From positions 17,974-81,973 of the forward strand of contig NW_021832836.1 of NCBI RefSeq assembly GCF_006345805.1: a stretch of DNA of 64,000 nt. The letters run 5' to 3'. The translations under genes were made by a program, and so were the position numbers. Below the pieces are notes generated by a model, which saw only the letters and a list, made by a program, of their open reading frames with translations, was not told where the DNA came from and did no database searches. Positions 50,053-60,757 of this stretch are shown here, in pieces; within the stretch, counting starts at the first letter, position 1; every line of letters starts with the position of its first letter. The stretch comes from Octopus sinensis (taxonomy: Eukaryota).

Positions 50053-50456
50053 ATCGGGTTATATATATACATTACACAACAGGCTTTCAGTTTCTGTCTA
50101 CCAAATCCACTCACAAGGTTTTCATTGGTCTGCTGATACTTGCCCAAGGAGTCACACAGTAAGACTGAACCTAGAACCATATGGTTGGGAACTAAGCTTT
50201 TACTACACAGTTATATTTATATATGCTTGTTTTGATATTATGCTGAGTTATAACAAAAACAATTTTACATTAAATTGAAGAATTATTGAATGCTTTTTTG
50301 CAGAATAAATGTTTGCTATACTTTTACAAGATGAAAGTTGACAGTAACTTCAAAGTTTCAACCTACCAGCCATTGTTGGATTGTCTGCACACAACATAAA
50401 ACACAAAGTATAAATTGATTAAAAAAAAAAAGACTATAAAAGTGGGTTCCACTTAC

Positions 50457-50533
50457 AGAATGAGGAGTATTGAACCTGTACTTAGGGTGTGGTGGACTGG
50501 TTTACAGGCATATGGGGTGAGAAGATGAAATTT
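50457..50533 (-). CDS. M6PR-like: CD-MPR/ATG27-like receptor, end of MRH domain and start of TM
   Basis: Acceptor tttctag|, donor |gtaagt, 77 nt. Encodes KFHLLTPYACKPVHHTLSTGSILLI(L), comparable to [25 protein letters not shown]. Confidence 0.92.
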
Positions 50534-50645
50534 CTAGAAAGATTTAGGAAAAGAAAGGAAAAAAAATCAGTAAAAATGAAAAAAAAAAAAAATGTAGTTT
50601 GTAAGGAAAAAAAAGAGAAATACAGAAAATGAAATATGTTCATTC

Positions 50646-51015
50646 ACTAGCAGTATAGCCCGACTTTGCTCGGTATTAAGTTAGGATTATTAAGCTCTTT
50701 ATTTCAAAGCAAACTAAGTAACATCGATGTCAAATTTGAGTGAAATCCGTTGAAATTGGTAAACTTTTGGCTGAAATTTTGCAGACAATTTGATTGGGAA
50801 ATCCCATAAGGAATCGTTTATTGATTTTTTCCATTCATCGATTGATTTTTTTTTTTTTCGTTTTTGGAGAACTTAAAGCATTCAAAGATCCCATGAATCC
50901 TAAGTAATGCTGGCATCAAGTTTGAACAAAATACATCAAAATTGGTATTGATTTTTTTCACCCCAAATAGGACTTAACCGAACATTGCTGATTCAAAAGC
51001 ATCTATATTTATACT
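50646..51015 (+). mobile_element. Helentron/DINE-1-like non-autonomous element
   Basis: 5' ACTAG followed by a short hairpin ccga-ctttgc-tcgg, internal diverged repeats, and a 3' end ...agcatctatatttatac. Confidence 0.5.
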
Positions 51016-51608
51016 TTAAAGCTGGTTTTCATACTCAACCCAGTTCTGCAAAATCAGTGTCGCGACAGGAGCGCATGGGTTGGGAGTTTGATTGGCAGAG
51101 GTGATCAGGTTGCATATGCCAACCCTTTTGAAAACATCACCCCCATCATGTAACTTCACTTTGCCCATGGGTTGAGAACCCTTCCAGCAAGGAAAATAGA
51201 ATGCCCAAAAGGGCCCCCGATCCTCTGTGTGAGAAGCGGTTATGTTCAGATCACAACTAAGTATATATATATATATATATATATATGGGCAACACACACA
51301 CACACAAACATATACATACATACACCTATTGCATACATGTTTTTGCATGCCTTTGCCCTTGCTACTGTACCACCACCACCACCACCTCCTACCTGAGTAA
51401 TACCATCAATTGAAGCAAATTTGGCACCCGGAAATGTAACAGGAATAAAGAAACCACAGAGATGTGAGAGTCATATCTCTCCCACACAGATGTGAGAGTC
51501 ATATCTCTCCTTTCGAAACATTGTTTACAAAATAATAGCTGATTGTTTGCGAAGGAGCATGTCTACAGTCAACATGTAGGTCTTTTGCTCTGGTAACCTC
51601 TGCTCTCT

Positions 51609-51707
51609 CCTATGTTCAAGCACAACCAACTATATATCGCTATGAGTAGAGCAACGGATTCAGCTAATTTGGAAATTAGTTGTGGGGAAACGGAGAATAT
51701 CGTTTAT
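51609..51707 (+). pseudogene. Helitron PIF1-type helicase C-terminal remnant
   Basis: PMFKHNQLYIAMSRAT...ETENIVY matches the Helitron helicase end motif PVFSHGQLYVALSRV...TxNIVY. Confidence 0.75.
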
Positions 51708-52129
51708 ATTGTGTATGTGTGTGTATATATAGAATGGGCTTCCAGCCATAGAAACCATACTAAACTCATGCTGAAGGCTGGCACAGCCCTGCAGCTTACT
51801 GGATCCTGCCAAACCGTCCAACCCATGCCAGCATGGAAAACAGACATTAAATGATAATGAGGAGGATGATATGACGGATGTATTTCAGTTTCTGCCAACA
51901 AGATCAACTCTCAAGGCTTTGGTTGGTCTGAAGCTATTATCAGAAGACGCTTGCCCAATGTGCCATAGAGTAGGATTGAAACCACGACCACAAGGATTCG
52001 AAGAAAGATCCCTCACCAAACAGATTCTTGTCTGATGAGAATGTCTGTTGCTGGTAGAAATCATTGCCACCGTTAGCACTTGGACAGATATATTTGCATC
52101 GCATGTCTAAATCTGTTTCTGGTGACTGT

Positions 52130-52317
52130 TTAACCCTCTTTTGAGATCAATTAATGATCTAAATTAAAACTGCCATCAAAATTTATGTTAATTAATGTTA
52201 CAAACATTAGCTTAATAAGAACTTAGATATTTTGCTAATTTCTTAATTATTTTCAAAATTAATTAAAACAAACTTAATGCATTTTTTTCAGCAGAAATAT
52301 GGTAACAAAAAGGTAAA
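52130..52317. mobile_element. TTAA-flanked MITE-like element (piggyBac-type end); related copy starts at 47767
   Basis: Starts TTAA-CCCT. The right end gtaacaaaaaggtaaa approximates the reverse complement of ttaaccctttcgttac seen at 47767. Confidence 0.4.
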
Positions 52318-52491
52318 GATCTCACAAACTTGTTACTGAACAAGTGGTGGTGGGGAGGAGGAGAGAAGAGAAAAAGAAAAAGGAGAAAAGGGTGAGAGAT
52401 ATTTAGAAAGAGAAGTGATAGACAGACAGACAAACAACCGTCTAGAAATTTCAATAAATTAAGAAAAAATAAACCAAGTACCATCACTTAC

Positions 52492-52576
52492 ATAAGTAAC
52501 AGAAACAAGGCTGCGAGCCATTTCTTTCAAAAAAAATGTCTGCGTTTTGTGACAGAGCATGTGGACGTCAGAAATC
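52492..52576 (-). CDS. M6PR-like: CD-MPR/ATG27-like receptor, MRH-domain exon
   Basis: Acceptor ttttttttcag|, donor |gtaagt, 85 nt. Encodes (R)ISDVHMLCHKTQTFFLKEMARSLVSVTY. Phases fit both neighbours. Confidence 0.88.
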
Positions 52577-52812
52577 CTGAAAAAAAATATAAATAAATAA
52601 ATAAATGAACGGATCCTAAAAAATGTCATGTTAAGGGACTGGATCAATGACTCCTTGATCAGAAGTTCAAACCTTGAGCAAGTCAGTTTTGATAAAAAAA
52701 TATTTTGCTACTTCAAACAAATTGAACTGCTTATAAGATTGTTCTCCTTTTTCTTGTGACCTGGCTGTTTTGTTTGTGTGTTACACCAAGGAAGGTAATA
52801 ATTTGAATAGAG

Positions 52813-52861
<49 letters not shown>

Positions 52862-52981
52862 GAGAGAGAGAGAAAGAAAGAAGGGGAGACGAAGAGAATG
52901 AAAATAGTGGATTTGAGAGAGATAAAAAAAAAACACAGGAGAAACAGAGAAAGGGAGGTCTATATTATTCTGAATTAGTGC

Positions 52982-53363
52982 AGGAGTGGCTGTGTGGTAA
53001 GTAGCTTGCTTACCAAACACATGGTTCAAGGTCCAGTCCTACTGCGTGGCACCTTGGGCAAGTGTCTTCTACTATAGCTTCGGGTCGACCTAAGCGTTGT
53101 GAGTGGATTTGGTAGACAAACTGAAAGAAGCCCATCGTATATATAGATATATATGTATGTATGTATGTATGTGTGTCTGTCCCCCCAACATCGCTTGACA
53201 ACCGATGATGGTGTGTTTACATCCCCATCACTTAGCTATTCGGCAAAAGAGACAGATAGAATAAGTACTAGGCTTACAAAGAATAAGTCCTGGGGTCGAT
53301 GTCTTCAACTAAAGGCGGTGCTCCAGCATGGCCGCAGTCAAATGACTGAAACAAGTAAAAGAG
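52982..53363 (+). mobile_element. tRNA-derived SINE (family A), near full length
   Basis: aggagtggctgtgtggtaagtagcttgc...gactgaaacaagtaaaagag. Confidence 0.8.
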
Positions 53364-53494
53364 TCTGTTCAAATCAAAGGCACAAACCTTAGTTAGCAAA
53401 GAAGTGTGGATATTACACTTTTATCGGCTATGTATTCCAGAGCAAAGGCTATGGCCATGCTGGGACACTCATTATTATTATTATTAAGTTGGTG

Positions 53495-53680
53495 AGCTGG
53501 CAGAATCATTAGCATGCTGAGCAAAGTACTTAGTATTTCATCCATCTTTACATTCTGAGTTCAAATTCCGACAAGATTGATTTTGTCTTTCATCCTTTTG
53601 GGGTTGATAAAGTAAGTACCAGTTGAATAATGGGGTCAATGTAATTGACTCATCCTCCCCCACCAAACTGTTGCCCTTGT
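53495..53680 (+). mobile_element. tRNA-derived SINE (family B)
   Basis: gagctggcagaatcattagc...ttctgagttcaaattcc...ggggttgataaagtaagtacc. Confidence 0.7.
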
Positions 53681-55560
53681 GACCATTATTATTATTATTA
53701 GTGTTTTGCTACTAGGTTTAAATGCTTATTGGTATTATGAGAGTAGGCAGATACATTCATTGACAAAAGGGAAAGTAGATATTCAAATATGCTTGATTTA
53801 CACTGGGATTTTCACAGGCCCTACTAGTTTATATTAACCCTGTCATGTCGTATTCCCAAATACCCACTAAAATGATAATGAACAACAAACATAGAGAAAG
53901 ATAAAAGACTAAAAATTAAACCACCAATCACATTGCAGCTTTGTGCATGCCCTTCCATAGCTGTTGCTTACTTTTGTCTTTAATTGAAAAAACAAAACAA
54001 AACAATTTTGCAATGAAAAGAGCATGTGATGAACCCAGCACTTTGTCTTGTAAATGAGCAAGACCTAGACTCTTTGGAAGTTGAGGAAATTATTGAGGAT
54101 ATCCTTCGGACAAAAAGTTTATTTATGCTGGCAATGAGAATGACTCAAACAATCAAAATGGTGAAAATGATGAGGAAAGAAGCGACTTGCATGAATATGG
54201 TATTTGAAAAATAAGCTGATTATTGTTATTCTCCTGAATATTTTTGTGATTCCATCCATTAGTTTGCCTGCAATTGTTACTCCTGAGTTGTCTATGCAAC
54301 TGTTACTTTGTTTGCCTAATAAATATGGTAATTAAGAGAAAGGCCTATTATTGTTATTCTCTTGAATTTTTTTGTGATTCTATCCATTAGTTTACCTGCA
54401 GTCAGTACTCTTGAGTTGTGTATGCAACTGTCTATTTTTTTGCTTTTTGCTCAAGAGCCCAGGTGGGGAGTAAAGTTAGACACAAGTCTGAGAGGCCAAG
54501 TATTCCACAAACATTTGTAATCTTTACCATAATTCTAGTTCAAAGTCACTGGCTGGCTTTTCAAACTGCAAGTGTGACCAGTCTCGCATGTGTCTGAGTA
54601 CTCCACAGCCAGTCATTTACAGGACATGTTTATTAGGCTGAAACCTACAGAATTTTCCCCTTTCCCTAATATGAGCCCATGGATAAAGGGAAATGACATT
54701 TGCTGAAACTGGTGCATGATGTGATTGACTCAGAGATCTCAGATTGCAAACTGTAAACTCCTTGATCATTAGGTCACACTTGTGCCCCACATAATACAAC
54801 ACTGAGTAGTCCAGAAACAGGCAAGAGCAAAACCTCCAACTTGCAATGAGATAGGTGTTATTTCAGAATGTCCTTCTCCCAGAAAGAAGTCTAAACAAAG
54901 ACTAAGAGACTCTCACTCCCAGTTGTTGGGCAGCCATCGACTCTACTGAGTTCATCCATCCTTTGATGGGTTTTGTTTTCCATTCTGTTGGTTGTTCAAC
55001 AAAAATCATCCTTCTTTCCAAGGATGCTTACTAGGGTTGCCAGTTCAGTCACCAATGGCCTGACCATACCACAGGCCATACTGGGTTGCATGTTACCAGT
55101 AGCACTAAGAGTGACATGCATTCTAGGGAGTAACAAGTTCAAAAGAAGCTCTGTCTGGCCACTTAGAATAAAAACACTCAAAGATAAGTCTGAGAGCGAA
55201 TAATATATCTAATCAATTATCATTAGTCAGACAAAATATATTTTTTTTCATGAAACTAAACAAAAATTATGGCCTGTAGAGAGAATCTTTATGAGTTGGT
55301 AGAAACAGCAACCACACATCTCTCAAACCACATAACTAAACAAGAAAAAAGAATTAAATATTGTTATAATCCTAGATGTATTTATGACAAAAAAAAAAAA
55401 GATGGACTGAATTGGTCATGACTAGATTTTCTTAGATCATAAGCAAGTTTGATTAAAGATGACTTGGCAGGTTAAACAAGTTATCTAAAACAACACAAAC
55501 CAATATATAATTTTATTTGTGCAGCAGCAGCACCACCACCGCCAATACTTTAATACTTAC

Positions 55561-55709
55561 CTAGTTATGTTTTTAATAGTTCCATTGACATTAGTTATGT
55601 TACTGTAGTGGTAGTGTATATAGATGCCGCCTTCATCATTTGTATCCCCTTTAAACGCTGCAGTAGTCTGCTCTCCTAGAATCTGGCAGTCATCAGTTGA
55701 CAGGCTAAG
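55561..55709 (-). CDS. M6PR-like: CD-MPR/ATG27-like receptor, most 5' coding exon found in the window
   Basis: Acceptor ttttgtcag|, donor |gtaagt, 149 nt. Encodes LSLSTDDCQILGEQTTAAFKGDTNDEGGIYIHYHYSNITNVNGTIKNIT(R). The five exons total 498 nt, i.e. 165 aa plus stop, in one frame. Confidence 0.85.
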
Positions 55710-55928
55710 CTGACAAAAGAAAGCAGAAAGTCAAAGCAGTTTGAAATTTTCAATCAAATAATAGGAAAAGAAAAGGTGAGATAGTCATCGCTGGAATGCC
55801 TTAGAACATAGGTCTGTCTGCTTGATCATAGATATGAGCTGGGTTTAACAGTAACCTTGTCCATGACAAACAATCACAACCACCATCATTAACACTTCTC
55901 CTCTCATCTCTAACATTCCCCCTCACCG

Positions 55929-56376
55929 CTAACACTGTGACACCCCCTCACCTCTAACATGCCCCTTCGCCACTAACACTGTGATCCCCTCACCTCTAAC
56001 ATGCCCCCTCGCAACTAACACTGTGACCCACTCACCTCTAACATGCCCCTTCGCCACTAACACTGTGATCCCCTCACCTCTAACATGCCCCCTCGCAACT
56101 AACACTGTGACCCACTCACCTCTAACATGCCCCTTCGCCACTAACACTGTGATCCCCTCACCTCTAACATGCCCCCTCGCAACTAACACTGTGACCCACT
56201 CACCTGTAACATGCCCCTTCGCCACTAACACTGTGATCCCCTCACCTCTAACATACCCCCTCGCAACTAACACTGTGACACCCCACTCACCTCTAACATG
56301 CCCCTTCGCCACTAACACTGTGATCCCCTCACCCCTAACATGCCCCCTCGCAACTAACACTGTGATCCCTTCACCC
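55929..56376. repeat. 42-bp minisatellite, alternating A/B variants (~10.5 units)
   Basis: ctaacactgtgatcccctcacctctaacatgccccctcgcaa alternates with ctaacactgtgacccactcacctctaacatgccccttcgcca. Confidence 0.95.
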
Positions 56377-56435
56377 TGGTACACGGACACTGTGAGGAAG
56401 CTTGTTAAATATGTGTATGTAAACATATGTTGGGT

Positions 56436-56795
56436 GCAGGCATGGCTGTGTGAGAAGAAACTTGCTCCCAACCACAAAGTACTGGGTTCAGTCCCACTGT
56501 GTAGCACCTTGGGCAAGTGTCTTCTGCTATTATCTTGTGCCGACCAAAACCATGTGAGTGGATATGGTAGATGGAAACTGAAAAAAGCCCATCACACATA
56601 CACATGTGTGTGTGTGTCACCCACCACCGCTTGATGTGTTGGTGTGTTTTATGTTCCTGTAACTTATAAGTTCAGCAAGAGACCAATAGAATAAGTACCA
56701 GGCTTTAAAAAAATATGTCCTGGGGTTGCTTTGTTTGACTGAGAAACACTTCAAGGCAGTGCTCCACCATGGCTGCAGTCAAATGACTGAAACAA

Positions 56796-56830
<35 letters not shown>

Positions 56831-57028
56831 TATATATATATACACACACGATGGGTTTCTTTCAGTTTCTGTCTAACAAATCCACTCACAAAGCTTTGGT
56901 CGGCCCAAGGCTATAGTATGGTTGCTGTTTCTACCAAGGTGCCACGCAGTGGGACTGAACCCGGAACCATGTGGTTGGCAAGCAAGCTACTTACCACACA
57001 GCTACTCATTTATATATACATACATATA

Positions 57029-57104
<76 letters not shown>

Positions 57105-57610
57105 GAGGCTTCCTAGCTAGAACTGTGAACTTTGATCCCCAGCTCCAGCCTCAGTTGTAAACTTGGAACCTAATGGATGACCAATTATAGAACTTACTCA
57201 GTGTACCTATTTGTTTAGGTCACCTGATATTTTTTCTAGGAGTGGTTGTGTGGTAAGAAGCCTGTTTCTCAACCACATGGCTCCAGGTTCAGCCCCACTG
57301 CATGGCACCTTGGGCAAGTGTCTTCTACTATAGCCTTGTGAGTGGATTTGGTAGACGGAAACTGGAAGAAGGCCGTCATATATATATATATATATACATA
57401 CATGTGCATATATTTGTGCATGTGTCTGTGTTTGTCCCTACTCCATTGCTTGACAACCAATGTTGGTGTGCTTACGTCCCTGTAACTTAGCGCTTCAGCC
57501 TAAGAGACTGATAGAATAAGTATTAGGCTTTCAAAGGATAAGTCCAGGGGTCGATTTCTTTGGCCAAAGGCCATGCTCTGACAAGGCCACAGTCAAATGA
57601 CTGAAACAAG
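56436..57610. mobile_element. Cluster of three family-A SINEs (56436-56797 +, 56848-57005 -, 57239-57610 +)
   Basis: Same diagnostic blocks as the 28030 and 52982 copies. Confidence 0.75.
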
Positions 57611-57614
57611 ACAT

Positions 57615-57683
<69 letters not shown>

Positions 57684-57766
57684 GGTGTATATATATATAT
57701 ATATATGTATGTATATATATATATATGTATGTATAAATATATGTGTATATATAAATATATATATAT

Positions 57767-58620
57767 ACTAGCATTAAAGACCTGTCGTTGCCGGGTCATA
57801 GTGCTAGTGCATGTATATATGTGTACATACTACATGTACATCTATATATACACATCTACACATAAAATGCAAAATACAAAGTTATATCTTGATATCGCTA
57901 GTGATAACAATACTCAAAATATATAACAGACTGGAATTGTTAGCTCTTCTTTTTTCTCTACATTGTATACTTTATAGACAATAGTCTTTTCTTTAATTTA
58001 ATTTTTTATTATCCATCTGGACTATTCCATTTCTGCACGCTAATTTTATTTTTAATTTATTCCCATTCATGTGACACCACTTATTCAAGTTCAAGTCATT
58101 GTTGCAATTTTATACCAATTGCTATTTTTACTTTTGTTATGTTACGATTATATTATACTTTAGTTTGATTTTACTTATTACTTACTACATATAATTCAAT
58201 TGTTATTATTTTTATTGTTAAAGTGAAAGCATCTGACATAAAATAGAGAAATATTTTTGTTTCACTTTTAACACGTAATACTGAAATAGTGGAGAAGATA
58301 TGTTATTGCTATGGGCTTGCTCTAGGCAAGAAGTTGAACACTTTTTTTTTTGCCCATAAAACTACATGGACCCTAAGTAAGGCATGTGTAAAATTTGAAT
58401 GTAATTGGTTGTGTAGTTCTCAAGTTTTAGGGAATCATAGTGGAGAAGATATGATATTGCTGTGGGCTTGCCCTAGGTAAAAAGTAAAAATTTTTTTGCC
58501 GATGACACTCCCTGGACCCTAAGTAAGTCATGTGTAATATTTGAATGAAATTGGTTGTGTAGTTCTCAAGTTTTAGGGAAACACACAGACAGACAGACAC
58601 ACATTCTCAGTTTTATATAT
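57767..58620 (+). mobile_element. Helentron/DINE-1-like element with two 151-bp internal tandem repeats
   Basis: 5' ACTAG plus hairpin gacctgtcgttgccgggtc. gtggagaagatatg...ttctcaagttttagggaa occurs at 58289 and 58440. The 3' end is (caga)n followed by cattctcagttttatatat. Confidence 0.55.
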
Positions 58621-58770
58621 GTACCTATATAGATATATGTACCTATATAGATATATGTACCTATATAGATATATGTACCTATATAGATATACGTACCTAT
58701 ATAGATATACGTACATATATAGATCTACGTACATATATAGATATACGTACATATATAGATATACGTACAT
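58613..58770. repeat. 18-bp TA-derived minisatellite (atatgtacctatatagat / atacgtacatatatagat)
   Basis: About 8 tandem units with stepwise variants. Confidence 0.85.
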
Positions 58771-58964
58771 ATATATGTATATATATGTATGTATATATAT
58801 GTATATATATGTATATATATATATGTATATATATATATATGTATATATATGTATGTATATATATGTATATATATGTATGTATATATATGTATATATATAT
58901 ATATGTATATATATGTATGTATATATATGTATATATATATATATGTATATATATGTATATATAT

Positions 58965-59180
58965 CAGGGGTGGGCAGACTACGGCCCGCGGGCCGCATGC
59001 GGCCCGCCATAGGTTTTCATGCGGCCCGCCGAGAGCTTTTATGAATCCCAACTTCTATGCAGGTACTTTGTAACTGTACGGTAATTCACAATATTTTCAC
59101 TTGATTTTTATAAATGAGGCCCGCCAAGGTTCCAAAGACGCACTGTGCGGCCCACGATCAAAAAAGTTTGCCCACCCCTG
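58965..59180. mobile_element. hAT (Charlie-like) MITE, 216 bp
   Basis: TIR caggggtgggcagact / agtttgcccacccctg (15/16). Subterminal gcggcccg repeats. The 8-bp flank ATATATAT on both sides is consistent with a hAT TSD but lies within TA repeat. Confidence 0.9.
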
Positions 59181-59195
59181 ATATATATATATATG

Positions 59196-59244
<49 letters not shown>

Positions 59245-59282
59245 GTATATATATATATGTATATATATGTATGTATATATAT

Positions 59283-60025
59283 ATAGATATACGTACATAT
59301 ATAGATATACGTACATATATCGATATACGTACATATACCGATGCACGTACATATACCGATGCACGTACATATACCGATGCACGTACATATACCGATGCAC
59401 GTACATATACCGATGCACGTACATATACCGATGCACGTACATATACAGATGCACGTACATATACAGATGCACGTACATATACAGATGCACGTACATATAC
59501 AGATGCACGTACATATACAGATGCACGTACATATCAGATGCACGTACATATACAGATGCACGTACATATACAGATGCACGTACATATACAGATGCACGTA
59601 CATATACAGATGCACGTACATATACAGATGCACGTACATATACAGATGCACGTACATATACAGATGCACGTACATATACAGATGCACGTACATATACAGA
59701 TGCACGTACATATACAGATGCACGTACATATACAGATGCACGTACATATACAGATGCACGTACATATACAGATGCACGTACATATACAGATGCACGTACA
59801 TATACAGATGCACGTACATATACAGATGCACGTACATATACAGATGCACGTACATATACAGATGCACGTACATATACAGATGCACGTACATATACAGATG
59901 CACGTACATATACAGATATACGTACATATACAGATATACGTACATATACAGATATACGTACATATACAGATATACGTACATATATAGATATACGTACATA
60001 TATAGATATACGTACATATATAGAT
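59283..60025. repeat. 18-bp minisatellite (cagatgcacgtacatata)n, ~40 units
   Basis: 32 copies of gcacgtac by manual count (59344-59908), flanked by gatatacgtac variants. Confidence 0.97.
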
Positions 60026-60054
60026 ATATGTATATATATGTATATATATACATA

Positions 60055-60300
60055 ATTTGTAACTGAATTATTGGAAGTCCACCTGAAGATTGTCGATCAA
60101 GACAAGAAACGATTGTAGTGGCGGTTTTTTTGACTATTTATTAAATTTTATGTATTGATTAAGTCTTTCCTTGTTTGTTTTGCAAAATAGTGGTTTTGTC
60201 TCAAATAATATTTTATAATATTTTACTATAAAATTGGATTTAATCCTAAATCTGATTTTTTTCCCTGTAAATTTGGATATATTCCCTAATATTATTATTT
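60055..60300 (+). mobile_element. Penelope-like element pLTR/3' fragment (inferred from hammerhead motif)
   Basis: Non-microsatellite island between TA tracts carrying a minimal type I hammerhead. No ORF seen. Confidence 0.55.
60079..60121 (+). ncRNA. Minimal type I hammerhead ribozyme motif
   Basis: CCAC (stem I) CUGAAGA (core) UUGUC-gaucaa-GACAA (stem II) GAAAC-gauu-GUA (core, stem III, cleavage triplet) GUGG (stem I). All helices pair. Confidence 0.85.
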
Positions 60301-60392
60301 ATATATATGTATAATATATATATATTATATATATGTATATAATGTATATATATATGTATATATGTATATATATATATGTATATATATATATG

Positions 60393-60429
<37 letters not shown>

Positions 60430-60430
60430 G

Positions 60431-60467
<37 letters not shown>

Positions 60468-60757
60468 GTATATATATATATGTATATATATGTATATATA
60501 TATATATATGTATATATATATAGTATATATATATATGTAATATATATATGTATATATATATATGTATATATATATATATGTATATTATATATATATATTA
60601 TGTGAAATAGAAAGATGAATAATCTTGTAGTAGATTAATCAAAAGTTTAACGATACCTTAGTAGCAAAATCACAGCAGTAAACAGCATGTTGGAGGTACA
60701 ACCATATGGTGTTGCAACCGTGCGTTGGTGCGGATAATTGAAATTAAAATATTATTG

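Noticed and set aside
54590-55200. Possible additional exons or a transposase remnant
   Set aside because: There is no phase-compatible splice pair, the flanking exons join in frame without it, and it is too degenerate to assign.
55929-56634. 195-aa and 217-aa repetitive ORFs
   Set aside because: A 42-bp unit is a multiple of 3, so it gives open frames on both strands; it lies outside the spliced exons.
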